DNA of 64,000 bases, from assembly GCA_951406725.2 (NCBI GenBank), contig OX597827.1, positions 16,058,001 to 16,122,000 on the forward strand, given 5' to 3'. The stretch is from Octopus vulgaris (lineage: Eukaryota). Each line of letters starts with the position of its first letter. Position 1 is the first letter of the stretch. Made by a program: the position numbers and the translations under genes. Below the pieces are notes generated by a model that had not been told where the DNA came from, searched no databases, and saw only the letters and a list, made by a program, of their open reading frames with translations. Below are positions 36,901-49,969 of this stretch, in pieces.

Positions 36901-37220
36901 CAGATGCTTGGAATTTGACAGGGTCGATATGTTTTGTTTAGTCCCCGGTCAGCCCCAAGGGATTCTATGTCCATCTTGTTTTTTTTTTTCAAATATAAGG
37001 CTATGGTCTCAGATGCTTGGAATTTGACAGGGTTAATGTTTTGTTTAGCCCCAGGTCAGCCCTAAGGCATTCCAACTATGTCAATCTTGTATTTTTCAAA
37101 TATAGGGCTAAGGTCTCAGATGCTTGGAATTTGACGGGGGTTAATGTTTTGTTTAGCCCCAGGTCAGCCCTAAGGCATTCCAACTATGTCAATCTTGTCT
37201 TTTTAAAATATAGGGCTAAA
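36901..37220. repeat. Tandem repeat of about 108 bp, three copies
   Basis: CAGATGCTTGGAATTTGAC starts at 36901, 37010 and 37117. Confidence 0.9.
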
Positions 37221-37339
37221 GTCTACATTATCCTTTCTTTTTTTCTTTTGAAGTTAGGGTTTATTTTGAAGAGATATTCGTGTAATTTCTAATATACAAA
37301 GGCACCTTTGTTACAAAATGGTAGTGTCATGGTTTAAGC

Positions 37340-37570
37340 CAGTGGTTGTCAACCAGGGTCCATATCATTCTTGGAGGTCTACAAAATTTTCTTGCTAAAA
37401 TTTGTGCAATAAACTAGTCATACTTCTACGATACACAAAATATTAAAATTTTTTTAAAAATACAATTCCTAATAATATTTAATTGCAAAAGTATATGATT
37501 TCTTAAATATCAGATAGCAAAATAGGAATCAAAGGGGATCCATAGGTAAAAAAATGGTTGAGAACTGCTG
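37340..37570. mobile_element. Old hAT-like MITE
   Basis: CAGTGGTTGTCAACC...GGTTGAGAACTGCTG, imperfect 8-bp TSD GTTTAAGC/GCCTAAGC; a relative lies at about 38833-39088. Confidence 0.65.
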
Positions 37571-38404
37571 GCCTAAGCAAAACAATTGTATTTACCTTTT
37601 AGTGTTCTTGTTATTTTGTGTAATTTTTAATTGGCTAATTGAGAAATATGTAATAAATGCACTTGTTTGGGTGGATTGAGGTTTATCTTGTATTCTGGCA
37701 TGAGGTGGTGATGGTGTTTTTGATGTTGCTAATTACTTCAAATACTGTTTATTTTGTGATTTCTGTTCTATTGGATATGACTGTTTGCCAGTTTTTTTTT
37801 ACCCTTCAGTTATTTCCTTGTTTGATGCAGATTTCTGAGTTTATTTCTGTGGTTCAGGCATATTGTATTTGAGGCTGTCTTTGATTTTTATGAGGTTTGC
37901 TTTTTCTGATGTGTAGTTAAGGGTCTGTGGCACACACAGCTGTGTGGTTGAGAAAATTGTTTCCTAGGTATGCGGTCTTGGGTTCAGTCCTACTCTGGGG
38001 AAAAGCGACTTCCACTATAGCCCCAGGCTGACCAAAGCCTTGTGAGTGGATTTGGTAGATGGGAACTGAAGGAAGTTCCAAAAATGTGTTTGTGTGTACC
38101 CTTATCTTGGTGGTTGTAAATGAGCAACCCTTCATCATATAAGTAAGGTTATTCATTTCCAGCTTTCCATGAAGCTTTGTGAAAATATTACCTTTGCTTG
38201 GAAATGGGTGAGTGTTGGTCACAGAGCATTCTGTGACAGAAGATCTGTCTCAACAAATTCTGACTCATGTAAGCAACAGAAAAGTGAATGGTAAAAGATA
38301 TGTATGAATAAACACTACACATGTTTATGGTTGCTATTTAGGAACCACACTACGAAGTAAATTGCAGCTTTTTTTTGTTTCTTAAATTAAGTTTTTAAAG
38401 TATA

Positions 38405-38744
38405 GGCGTAGGAGTGGTTGTGTGGTAAGTAGCTTGCTTATGAACCACATGGTTCCGGGTTCAGTCCCACTGCGTGGCACCTTGGGCAAGTGTCTTCCAC
38501 TATAGCCTCGGGCCGACCAAAGCCTTGTGAGTGGATTTGGTAGACGGAAACTGAAAGAATCCTGTCGTATATATGTATGTGTGTGTCTGTGTTTGTCCTG
38601 ACGCTGGTGTGTTTACGTCCCCGTAACTTAGCGGTTCGGCAAAAGACTGATGGAATAAGTACTAGGCTTACAAAGAATAAGCCCTGGGGTCGATTTGCTC
38701 CAGCATGGCCACAGTCAAATGACTGAAACAAGTAAAAGAGTAAA
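38405..38744 (+). mobile_element. SINE family A
   Basis: Match with two small deletions. Confidence 0.88.
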
Positions 38745-39352
38745 GCTTTTCTGCAGTTTAGTTTAGGGCCCATACTGGAGTAAGTGGAATTGTAATAGAA
38801 GTGGCAATTTTAATGTTATGGCTAAAGTTTCATCAGTGGTCTCAACCGGTTTTTTGCCTGTGGATACCTCTGATTCTTAGTTTTCTCAGGTGGATCCCTA
38901 TAGCCATGCGATGTTTGAAAAAAAATCCTCTTAAATTTTTGTGATGAGACATTAACTGTCCAAAAAAAAAAAGGCTTTTTGTTTACTGTACAAAGTATGA
39001 GCAATTTATTGCACATTGCACATAAATTTTAACAAGCTCTCAAATGAATTCTCCAAGGGTCATATGAACCCTGACTGAGAACTATTGTTCTACATGGAGA
39101 AAGAAGAAAGTGAGAGAAAGAAGAGTTTATCTTCATTCTCTGCACTTAGAACTTTGTAATAAGGATATCTTTCATAAGCTAGATATAATTAAGAAAGTTA
39201 CTTTTGAGGGTCTCCTTGGTGTTTGTAAATACCTGTCTTGGATATTTTGTGACATTTGATTTGTTTTTTCTTTTTCCTTTCAGAAATATTAAAAGGAAAA
39301 TTTTTTTGATTAGGGCTTTGTTTGGGGGGGGGGGCGGTTTGATATTTATTTT

Positions 39353-39772
39353 GGATCTTTTCGGTTTGTACAGCAGTTTTTAAAAATAATTTCCACGTAA
39401 CTAAACACTTTTAAACTTCGTATACTGGTAGAATGTGTTTATAAAACATCTTTTTCTCTTAGCTTTATTGAGAAAATTCTATAGTTTGTAACATATTTAT
39501 TGTTTTTTCTTCTTCAATTTCTGCAATTTCAACCAATCAATGACGTCTAATTGAGGTGAAAACATTTTGTACCATATGAATATGTCCCTCGTTTAAGAAA
39601 CAGATTGGGTTTATTTACATTTCCGAAGAAAAAAAAGATACCCTTCCCCCTAACTCTAACCCTAACCCTAAAACAGATTGAAATGCAATAGATCGATACT
39701 AGGGTCATAATTATGGGTGACAGTTTCATATCACACCGCTAGAAAAAACTGCCGTTCAAACCGAAAAGACCC
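39353..39772. mobile_element. Merlin-like MITE
   Basis: Inverted repeats; TSD TTTATTTT. Confidence 0.85.
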
Positions 39773-39974
39773 TTTATTTTCATAAATCTGTTTTAGCAAG
39801 CTGTGTGGTACAATAGGATTGCAATTTATGATTTTACTTTGACAATTACCGAGAAGTAGGCTCATTGTTGTGTAGACCAGGTAAAGCCTCACTGAGTAGA
39901 TTTACAATCAACAGCATTCTAGCCATTGTCACTCCACCGTTATAGCAGTACTGTCCTTCTTGCTACCACTATCT

Positions 39975-40270
39975 CAACCAAAATGCAAATATATGGGAAA
40001 CTACCACCTGTGTCATCTCTTGTGAAAGGTAAGAGAGTCCAGTTTGCTAGACATTGTTGTAGAGCTGAAAAGAGGTAATTTCTACTCTTCTCCTCTGGAA
40101 GCCATCTACTCGCAATACCAGAGGGCGCACACTCTCCTACCCTGATGTAATCTCCTGGGATACAGGCATCCAGCATCAGGACCTCCGTAATGCTATGATG
40201 GACCGTGAAGTCTGGCGTAGCATGGTAAATTCCATTGTCTCGACCACGGTCGAACAACGATGATGATGAT
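39975..40270 (+). mobile_element. RTE-clade LINE 3' end
   Basis: Homologous to the 11624 copy, (GAT)n tail. Confidence 0.85.
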
Positions 40271-41019
40271 CTCTTCTGTTCTCCATCTTACTATAATTAC
40301 TATGACTTAGATGCCTTAATTAGTAAAATGCAGAGCAGAACTACCTCTGCGTTTGTGTTGATGTTTAGCCCCCCAGATGACTTTGATGCAGTATGCCTGT
40401 GACTGAATATATATCCATCATTTCTATCCTGTTTTATATTCAGACTACACGTCTCCTTTATAAATATAGTAAGGTATGATCTTGGAGTTTTGACTACTAT
40501 TTCAAGCAGTCAAGTGACCACAGTGTGACACAAGGTTCCTTTGTCGTTAAGCCCCGTGCCAGTTTCGAGTGAGTAAACCTAGCATCAAAAGCAAACCAGC
40601 AGGGACTCTTGCACCTTATATTTTGACATTATCTGTCCAAGGCCACATTGTCCCTTGAGTTCTTCTACGATGACAGTGTTGATTTGAAGAACATTTGACT
40701 GCTTTTTCTTGGAGATTCAGTGACTGTATGGACAAATATATTTGTCAAGATCATTATCAGTCCTGTTGGGCACCTGTATAACAGTAAGAGATGTCAATAG
40801 ACGGTTTTTATTTTCCATAGAGATAATTAGGCAGAGAAGAGAAAATCTTCAGATTTTTGTAATAATTATTTATAGAAATTGACAATAGGTTGGGTTGCAT
40901 GCTTCTCGCTTTTGGCTTCCATATCCACTGGATGGGTATGGATGGATGTCTCAGGTAAGAATGTATCCATACCACAGAGGCTGCCTCTTCGTCTCTCCCT
41001 CTTTTTCTTTCTGTATACA

Positions 41020-41579
<560 letters not shown>

Positions 41580-41720
41580 ATTTACAAAACTGACAGAATT
41601 CCTGACAGGATTAAAATAAATGAAAAAAAAAGCAGAAACCTATTCCCACTAATTACGCCTCGTCCTCCCACCACCACCACCACCATCACCACCTCCTCCT
41701 CCTCCTCCTCCCTCACTCAC

Positions 41721-41855
41721 CTTACCTGTGCAGTCGCTGATTCTTCTTCCATACACGTGACACTTAAACTCACGGCAAAACTGCCTTGAATGATATTTTC
41801 TCTGAAACCGAACAACACTCACAGGCGGCCAACCTGTTGTTCTAGTTCTTTCCAT
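41721..41855 (-). other. Possible minus-strand first exon
   Basis: ATG at 41855; tandem donors CAG|GTAAG|GTGAGT at 41726 and 41721, followed by (GGA)n(GGT)n; E-box GTCACGTG; CpG-retaining region. Confidence 0.3.
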
Positions 41856-42169
41856 TGTCTTACTATCTATTTTTTTCCCCTCCGACTTTAAATAATGCAC
41901 CCGCAAAACAACCGACTAAAACAGTTAAATTATTTTTTTCACGCACATTTGTCTTTTTATTTTTTTTTCTTCTCTTACATTAAAATATATATATGTATAT
42001 ATATATATATATATATAAATATAAACATACACCACCCACGTAGAATTCACACGCTTTTGGTCTTAGATTTATACCCTTTACACGCGTACATCTATCTTAT
42101 GTATTTACACGGTATTGTTTTTGCTAATTTGGAATGTAATATTTATATATATGTATTTTAATCGCATTG

Positions 42170-42381
42170 TTTTATGTGTATATATGTATAGGCGCCTGTA
42201 TATATATATTCACACACACTCACATATATATCGTATATATATATATATATACATGGCATATATATATATACAAACATATATACACACACATATATATACA
42301 TGGCATATATATATACAAACATATATACACACACACACATATATATCGTATATATATATATACATGGCATATATATACACA

Positions 42382-42418
<37 letters not shown>

Positions 42419-42575
42419 GCATATATATACATACATACACATATATCGTATATATATATATATATACATGGCATATATATATATATGGCATATATATATA
42501 TACATGCATATATATACATACATATATACATACATATATATACACATAGACACATATATCGTATATACATACATA
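42170..42575. repeat. Compound (TA)/(CA) tract with CATGGCA and TATCGTA subunits
   Basis: Directly visible. Confidence 0.95.
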
Positions 42576-43160
42576 CAGACTGGGGATTTTTTCCTTGTGT
42601 GGTGTGTCCTGTACCTTGTTTTTCTGTTGTAAAAAATGTTTTTCCCGTTTTCGTTTCGTCTCTGTTTTTTTGTTGTAAAAAAATGACTTGTCCGTTTTCG
42701 TTTTTCGTTGAGTTCTACGTCTAGTTGCGGTGTCCTGTACTGACGTATATATATTTATATATGCATGTATATATACATGTAGATGTAGGTACGTACATAT
42801 GTTTGTATGTATGCATATATTTTATTATATATATATATACACACACACACACGCACACACACACACACATCGTGTGTGTATATATATATGTATGTAAGTA
42901 AGGTGAGCTAGCGGTTGGAATGAACGTCTTAGGGATGAGAATATCCGTTCTTGCTACGGGTATCATTTATCTTTACCATCCCTGGGTATTGGTATGCAAG
43001 CATACTCTGCTGGTAGGGTACAGGTAATAATTGAATAAACAAAAGTTCATCCGGAATGAAATTTAAATAAGCAGAAAATGCCCGACGTAGGTGTAAATTT
43101 GCGTGTTTGTCGATAAAGGTATTTTTTCGTTTTCTGCTTATTTAAATTTACGTACATATA

Positions 43161-43327
43161 GAGGGTGCGGCAGAAATACCTCCCACGTTTGAAAGGTTGA
43201 CGAAAGGAAAAAGATACAGCATTTATGAAAAATTAATTTTACTGTTGTTTAAAGAAAGGGTTACAGTTTTTGTTCATTAGCTAACGTCATTGGCACTTGA
43301 TGTGAAAGGTATTTCTTCCGCATCCTG
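43161..43327. mobile_element. Tc1/mariner-like MITE
   Basis: TA|GAGGGTGCGGCAGAAATACCTCCCAC...GTGAAAGGTATTTCTTCCGCATCCTG|TA. Confidence 0.65.
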
Positions 43328-43329
43328 TA

Positions 43330-43420
43330 TACACTCACACACACACACACACACACATATATATAATGTGTGTGTGTGTATATACGTAATGTACGTGTGT
43401 GTGTGTATACGTATATGTAC

Positions 43421-43468
<48 letters not shown>

Positions 43469-44146
43469 GTACGTGTGTGTTTGTGTATATATATATATAT
43501 ACGTACGTGTGTTTGTGTATATACGTACGTGTGTGTGTGTGTATATACGTACTTATGCGTGTGTGTGTATATACGTACATATGCGTGTGTGTGTATATAC
43601 GTACATATGCGTGTGTGTGTATATAGTACATATGCGTGTGTGTATATACGTACATATGTGCGTGTGTATACGTACATATGCGTGTGTGTGTGTGTATATA
43701 TACGTACATATGCGTGTGTGTGTGTGTGTATATACGTACATATGCGTGTGTGTGTGTATATATACGTACATATGCGTGTGTGTGTGTATATACGTACATA
43801 TGCGTGTGTGTGTGTATATACGTACATATGCGTGTGTGTGTGTATATACGTACATATGCGCGTGTGTGTGTATATACGTACATATGCGCGTGTGTGTGTA
43901 TATACGTACATATGCGTGTGTGTGTATATACGTACATATGCGTGTGTGTATATACGTACATGCTTGTGTGTATATATACGTACATGTGTGTGTATATATA
44001 CGTACATGTGTGTATATATATACGTACATGTGTGTATATATATACGTACATGTGTGTGTGTGTATATACGTACATATGTGTGTGTGTGTGTATATATGTC
44101 TGTATATACGCGTGTGTATATATGTACGTGCTTGTGTGTGTGTATA
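43330..44146. repeat. Alternating purine-pyrimidine minisatellite, unit about (GT)n-ATATACGTACATATGC
   Basis: Directly visible; units of roughly 22-32 bp. Confidence 0.95.
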
Positions 44147-44405
44147 TAGTAAATGAAAGGCAGAAGATGGAATATACGAGACTTATTAATCACGACATTT
44201 ATTTCGACATATCTAGCATTGATTCCTTTAGGGTAGGACGCTCCACGACTGGCTCAGGAGCATCTGGTAGTGCCGATAAATACACAACTTGCTAAGTTAT
44301 GCAATGTATTTTTGTCATTTCTTAGTAAGAAAAGCAGCAAAAATGAAGGCAATCTCTTCATTTACATAGAAGATCAAAAATAAAATCAGATACAAAAAGT
44401 GGCTA

Positions 44406-44818
44406 TAGGCGCAGGAGTGGCTGTGTGGTAAGTAGCTTGCTAACCAACCACATGGTTCCGGGTTCAGTCCCACTGCGTGGCATCTTGGGCAAGTGTCTTC
44501 TACTATAGCCTCGGGCCGACCAATGCCTTGTGAGTGGATTTGGTAGACGGAAACTGAAAGAAGCCTGTCGTATATATGTATATATATATATGTATGTGTG
44601 TGTGTTTGTGTGTCTGTGTTTGTCCCCCTAGCATTGCTTGACAACCGATGCTGGTGTGTTTACGTCCCCGTAACTTAGCGGTTTGGCAAAAGAGACCGAT
44701 AGAATAAGTAATGGGCTTACAAAAGAATAAGTCCCAGGGTCGATTTGCTCGACTAAAGGCGGTACTCCAGCATGGCCGCAGTTAAACGACTGAAACAAGT
44801 AAGACTAAAAAGAGAGAG
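44406..44818 (+). mobile_element. SINE family A
   Basis: Full-length match. Confidence 0.9.
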
Positions 44819-45492
44819 TATGCAAGGCAGCAAGAAAAGTATTAAAAATAACTTAAGAATTATGGATGTATAAATGCCCTTTCATAAGCAGCATGGTTCG
44901 TGTACACTCACTCATACAAGCATCTGTGAAAATGTAAGCATACATATGTACGTGTGTGGCTTGGTGCACTCATGATCACAAAGCGAGTTAAATATCTTCT
45001 TAGTGTTTATAAGAATGGGGCAGTTTAAAAGCAAACTTAATTTATCCATACCTCAAAGTAAATTGTTAAATTCATTTCCACTGCATTGTGCGAAAGTACA
45101 TTTATATGCCTGTAGGCATCTTGAGCGTCTCTTAGAAATTCTATTAATGATCTTATTTGTCCACAGAGTAAACAGGGATTCCTCAGTGCAGAGTTGGCAT
45201 CTCCTGGAAATTATATTGTATGGTTTCGCGTATCTTAATACGGACCAAGTTATGCTGTACTTAATTTTTATCCTTCGGTTGCCATACAAAATAAGCCAAA
45301 GATGTTGAATGTCTCTTGTCTTAAAGCTGGCGACATGGCTGTGATAATGATTCTTAAACAAATCAGCTGTCTGCCCAATGTAAACATATGGGCCTCCCCT
45401 TGTGTGCACGATACATTATATACAAGATTTGTACTCGTACAGAGGGTCATCAATGGGCACTTAGATTTTTCCCTGCATGAGCATTTATCATA

Positions 45493-45888
45493 TCTTTATA
45501 TATAAAAGTGAGGTTGTGTGCTGTCTGTCTCCTACGATTTAGATTCCTAACTACTCCCACATTTTGCAGTGCAGTTTAACCAAAACCGGGTATCTTATAG
45601 TTGTGATTCATATCGAGCCCTTCTGGGTAAAGCGCGCGTCTACGGTGAGTCTACGATTTAAAAAAAAATTTACCATCAATTTTTCCCATTTTTAATGCAT
45701 TTTTGGCATATATAAGGGAAGTAACTCTCTAAAAATTTATTATTAAATCTCAGAACGTAAAAAGCTATAGTAACACCCCCCCCTTTGTGGTTAGCCATAT
45801 TGAGATGGCTATTATACTTTACATCTCTAAAAATGCTTATATAGTTATTTCCCTTACAAACCCGAGCAACACCGGGTGATACTGCTAG
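45493..45888 (+). mobile_element. Non-autonomous Helitron (variant with a different internal segment)
   Basis: A|TC...CTAG|T with subterminal hairpin. Confidence 0.85.
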
Positions 45889-46130
45889 TTGGTATATAAG
45901 GCAGTTCTCCATTTTCTGATGTTGTTACCGTGTTAACTGTATCATAAGCATTTCTACTATTATAATTTGGCTGTAATTGGTGTTTTTCATTGCAGTTTAA
46001 ATCTTTGTTGGTATTTAGACATGTATGTTTGCTAGATCCAGTAACCTTTGTTGCATTTTACTGTTGTTTTTGATGCATAAGCTACTCTAAATTAGTTAGT
46101 GTTAGGATACCTTCACAGTGTGCCAATTAA

Positions 46131-46585
46131 TTACTTCTTTTTCAGCTCTACAACAATGTCCAGCAAACTGGACTCTCCTACCCTTCACAAGAGATGACAC
46201 AGGTGGTAATTTCCCATATATTTGCATTTTAGTTGGATGGCGCCTCCACGAGAGATTTTGAGCTCTCATAAGGAGGCGAGTGTAGGTTCCATCCAACCGC
46301 CTCTCAAGCTTCTTTGATAACGTCCAGGTTTCTGAGCCATATAGTAGGATTGGTTCGACTGTGGCTGGACATTGTTGTAGAGCTGAAAAAGAAGTAATTT
46401 CTACTCTTCTCCTCTGGAAGCCATCTACTCGCAACACCAGAGGGCGCACACTCTCCTACCCTGATGTAATCTCCAGGGATACAGGCATCCAGCAACAGGA
46501 CCGCCGTAATGCTATGATGGACCGTGAAGTCTGGCGCAACATGGTAAATTCCATTGTCTCGACCACGGTCGAACAATGATGATGA
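46131..46585 (+). mobile_element. 5'-inverted RTE-clade LINE copy
   Basis: 46131-46363 antisense (VEPILLYGSETWTLSKKLERRLDGTYTRLLMRA...), 46364-46585 sense with (GAT)n tail; 12-bp TSD TGTGCCAATTAA. Confidence 0.9.
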
Positions 46586-46721
46586 TGTGCCAATTAAAAA
46601 TGGCATGATACTGATTAAATTTAGGTAAACATTTGTCCAGAGCAGCAAAATATTTTCCAGCAATCTTGGTTGAAACATGCAAACAGAAAATTGGGTTGAA
46701 CCAAAGGATATTCTGATTTCT

Positions 46722-46921
46722 GTGTGTGTATATGTGTATGTATATATATGTGTGTGTGTGTATATATATGTGTGTGTATATCTATGTGGGTAAATATATA
46801 TACGTGTATGTGTATATATATGTGTGTATATATGTCTGTGCATATATGTTTGTGCATATATATGTACATATGTCTGCATATATATGCACACACACGTCTG
46901 TGCATATATATATACACATAC

Positions 46922-46952
<31 letters not shown>

Positions 46953-47358
46953 CATACATACATACACGTCTGTGCATATGTGTGTATATATGCATGTGTG
47001 TATATATGCATATGTGTGTATATATGCATGTGTGTATATATATGTTTGTATATATATATATGCATATGTGTATATATGTGTGTGTGTGTATATGTTTGTA
47101 TATATATGTGTGTGTGTGTGTGTATATATATATCTATATATATGTGTGTGTGTATATATCTATATATATGTGTGTGTGTATATATCTATATACATGTGTG
47201 TATGTATATCTATGTATATTTGTATGTGTGTCTGTATATATATATATATTTATGTATATATATTTGTCTATATCAGTGTGGTGTGTGTATATATATATAT
47301 GTATATATATTTGTGTATGTATATATATATATATATGTGTGTGTATACACACACACAC
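46722..47358. repeat. Compound (TG)/(TA) tract
   Basis: Directly visible. Confidence 0.95.
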
Positions 47359-48245
47359 AGAAAGAAAAAGCATTTTTATTGTCCACTTCTCCATCATTGT
47401 ATGTGTCAGATGACATTGATTGGGAGAGATCTTTCTCTGGTCTGCTTCTCTTCCTCTCACCAATCCTGACCTGTTTCCAAGTCAGGTACTAATTCCCCAT
47501 GACCCTATTTGTTTCCATGGAAGACTGGAAACAAAAGATACAGTTTGCATGATGGTGACTTGTTTACCATTGTCACATGATGTCATTGTAATGAGACAGA
47601 CAGACAGACAGACGCACGCACACACACACACACACACACACTTTTAGTCTTCGAAATTCACTCATAATTTTTTTGTTTGGCCTGGGGCTATAATAGAAGA
47701 CACTTGCCCAAGGTATCCATATCCTTTTTATTCTGCAAGAGGGCTAAAGATAAAGTGTGTGATGTGTATGATACGTGATGTTACTAAGAGCAATATGTAA
47801 TATTTGAAACAATTTTATTTAAGTATTGCCTGTATTGTTAAGACGGTAATGTTAGAAAAAAAAAAAAAATTTGTCCCCTTATAGATTGATATAAAAGAAA
47901 AGACAGGGAGGGGAAAAAAAGGAAAAATGTACACGATTGTTGTAATTTACAGGAAATCTATTCATAGATATGTGAAAATTAGAATGGAGGTGGTGGGGGA
48001 ATTAAAAATAAATGAAAGATATTGATTTTTTAAAAAACCAACTAATACCTTATGTTGCAAGGAAATTGCAAAATTAGCAAAACAATCAACAAATATGCAA
48101 ACGAGTAGATTTAAATGGTATGTGCAATTTGTTGGTCTGGCAAATAGCTTAGCTATATGAGCATTTGTTAATGGTGCACAGTAGGCTGGTGCACAAATAA
48201 CAGTAATATTTAGAAAAATATGTTAAGTGCAAGAAGTGTGTATGC

Positions 48246-48293
<48 letters not shown>

Positions 48294-48329
48294 GTATGGT
48301 GCAAATATGGGTGTGTGTGTGTTATATGA

Positions 48330-48485
48330 CATGGCTGTGTAGTAGGTAACTTGCTTCCCAACCTGATGGTTCCGGGTTCAGTCCCACTGCCTGGCACTTA
48401 GGGTAAGTGTCTTCTATATCCTCAGGCTGACCAAAGCCTTGTGAGTGGATTTGGTAGATGGAAACTGAAAGAAGCCTGTCATGTA

Positions 48486-48516
<31 letters not shown>

Positions 48517-48710
48517 CTGTCCCTTACCACTGTTTCACAATTGGTGTTTATGTTCCTGTAACTCAGTACTTTGGCAAATAAGACCAGCAGAGTAAGTACC
48601 AGGTTTCACAACAAGTTCTACACTCAATTGTTTTGACTAGAAAATTCGTCAAGGGTATGCCTCAGCATGGCTGCAATCTAATGACTGAAACCAGTAAAAG
48701 AATAAAAGAA
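48330..48710 (+). mobile_element. Diverged SINE family A
   Basis: Head, core and tail recognisable. Confidence 0.8.
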
Positions 48711-49102
48711 TATATATAGTATTGTTGTATTTAGGAATGGTTATTTTGACAGTTTAGCCATTAAAAACACCTGCACTCTATATTCAGCGTTATTTATTTT
48801 TTACATTAATCTTAATCGTATTTCGGCCAGTTCTTTCGTCACACTTCTGTGACCTCATCAGTGGTCCTTTGCTTTCTTCTTTCTTATTTGTATGTCTCTC
48901 TTTACCAATGGTCAGCCATTTTGTATTTTGTATTTCTATTGTATGTGTCTTCATTTGTGCATGCGTATACCTCTATGTGTGTCTGTTTAGTTAGTGTGTG
49001 TGTGTGTGGTGGGAAGTGCCTGTAATATTTGTATCTCCTGTTTATATACATTCGTGTAATTAATATATATATAGTAGATTAATAGATGAGCTGCAAGCAC
49101 AT

Positions 49103-49137
<35 letters not shown>

Positions 49138-49969
49138 TGTTCCCTTCCTCACCGCATGGCTCTGGATTGAGTGCCATTGTGTAGAACTTTGGGCAAGTGT
49201 CTGGTACTGTAGCTCCAGGTCAGTCAAAGCCTTATGAGTGGATTTGGTAGACAGAAACTGAAAGAATGCGTGCACGTGTGTGTTACTACCTCCCTACTTT
49301 GACATTGCATGATAGTTGCAAATGAGCATCGCTGTTTTGCAAGCAGTGTCTTTCATTACCCCAAACCTTCATGGAAACATGTCTGGTCATGGGGAAATAA
49401 AACCTTCTTTGGAAACAAGGAATGATGATAGGAAGGGCATCTAGCCATAGAAAATTTGTCTCATGCATAGACATTTCTGTCCAGTCTTCACGCATCCTCC
49501 TTATTTCATGTCTATGTTTCACTATCGTGCAACATTGCACTTTGTGCACAAACATCATAAAAATCTACACTTTCAGGAGAACTCCTTTATTGTCAACAGG
49601 AATATTCAAGTCCCTAAACTTTTCCCCCCACCCCGTTGTTTACTCTGGCTACTATGATTTTAGACCACACCCACTGCTAATTATGTCAGTTGGGTAACAA
49701 ACTGTCAACTACACTAATGCTTTGATATACAAGTTAATTTGCCCCCCCCCCCCCCGGGGCTGGGGGGACTTGTCGTAAAGTGAAAACTTGTAAAGCAAAG
49801 CAATAATTTCCCATAGTAGCAATGTTATAATCATAATTCATTCTCAGAAAAATATCTTACCCACAAGATTTATAATACTTGTAAAATAAATGGCAATAAA
49901 ACAACAAAAGAATGTAAAGAATATTTTACGTAAAGTAAAAAGAATGTCAAGATCATTTATAATAAAAAA

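Larger units (their letters stand above)
45053..46721 (-). mobile_element. Penelope-like element (Naiad-like) remnant, interrupted by a Helitron and an RTE copy
   Basis: RNQNILWFNPIF...KIAGKYFAALDKCLPK...HAIFN/WHTVKVS; CSCREKSKCPLMTLC (CxCx5Cx5C); NLVY...YIGQT; ITWSVLRYAKPY..SRRCQLCTEE (GIY-YIG region); frameshifts and stops. Confidence 0.8.
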
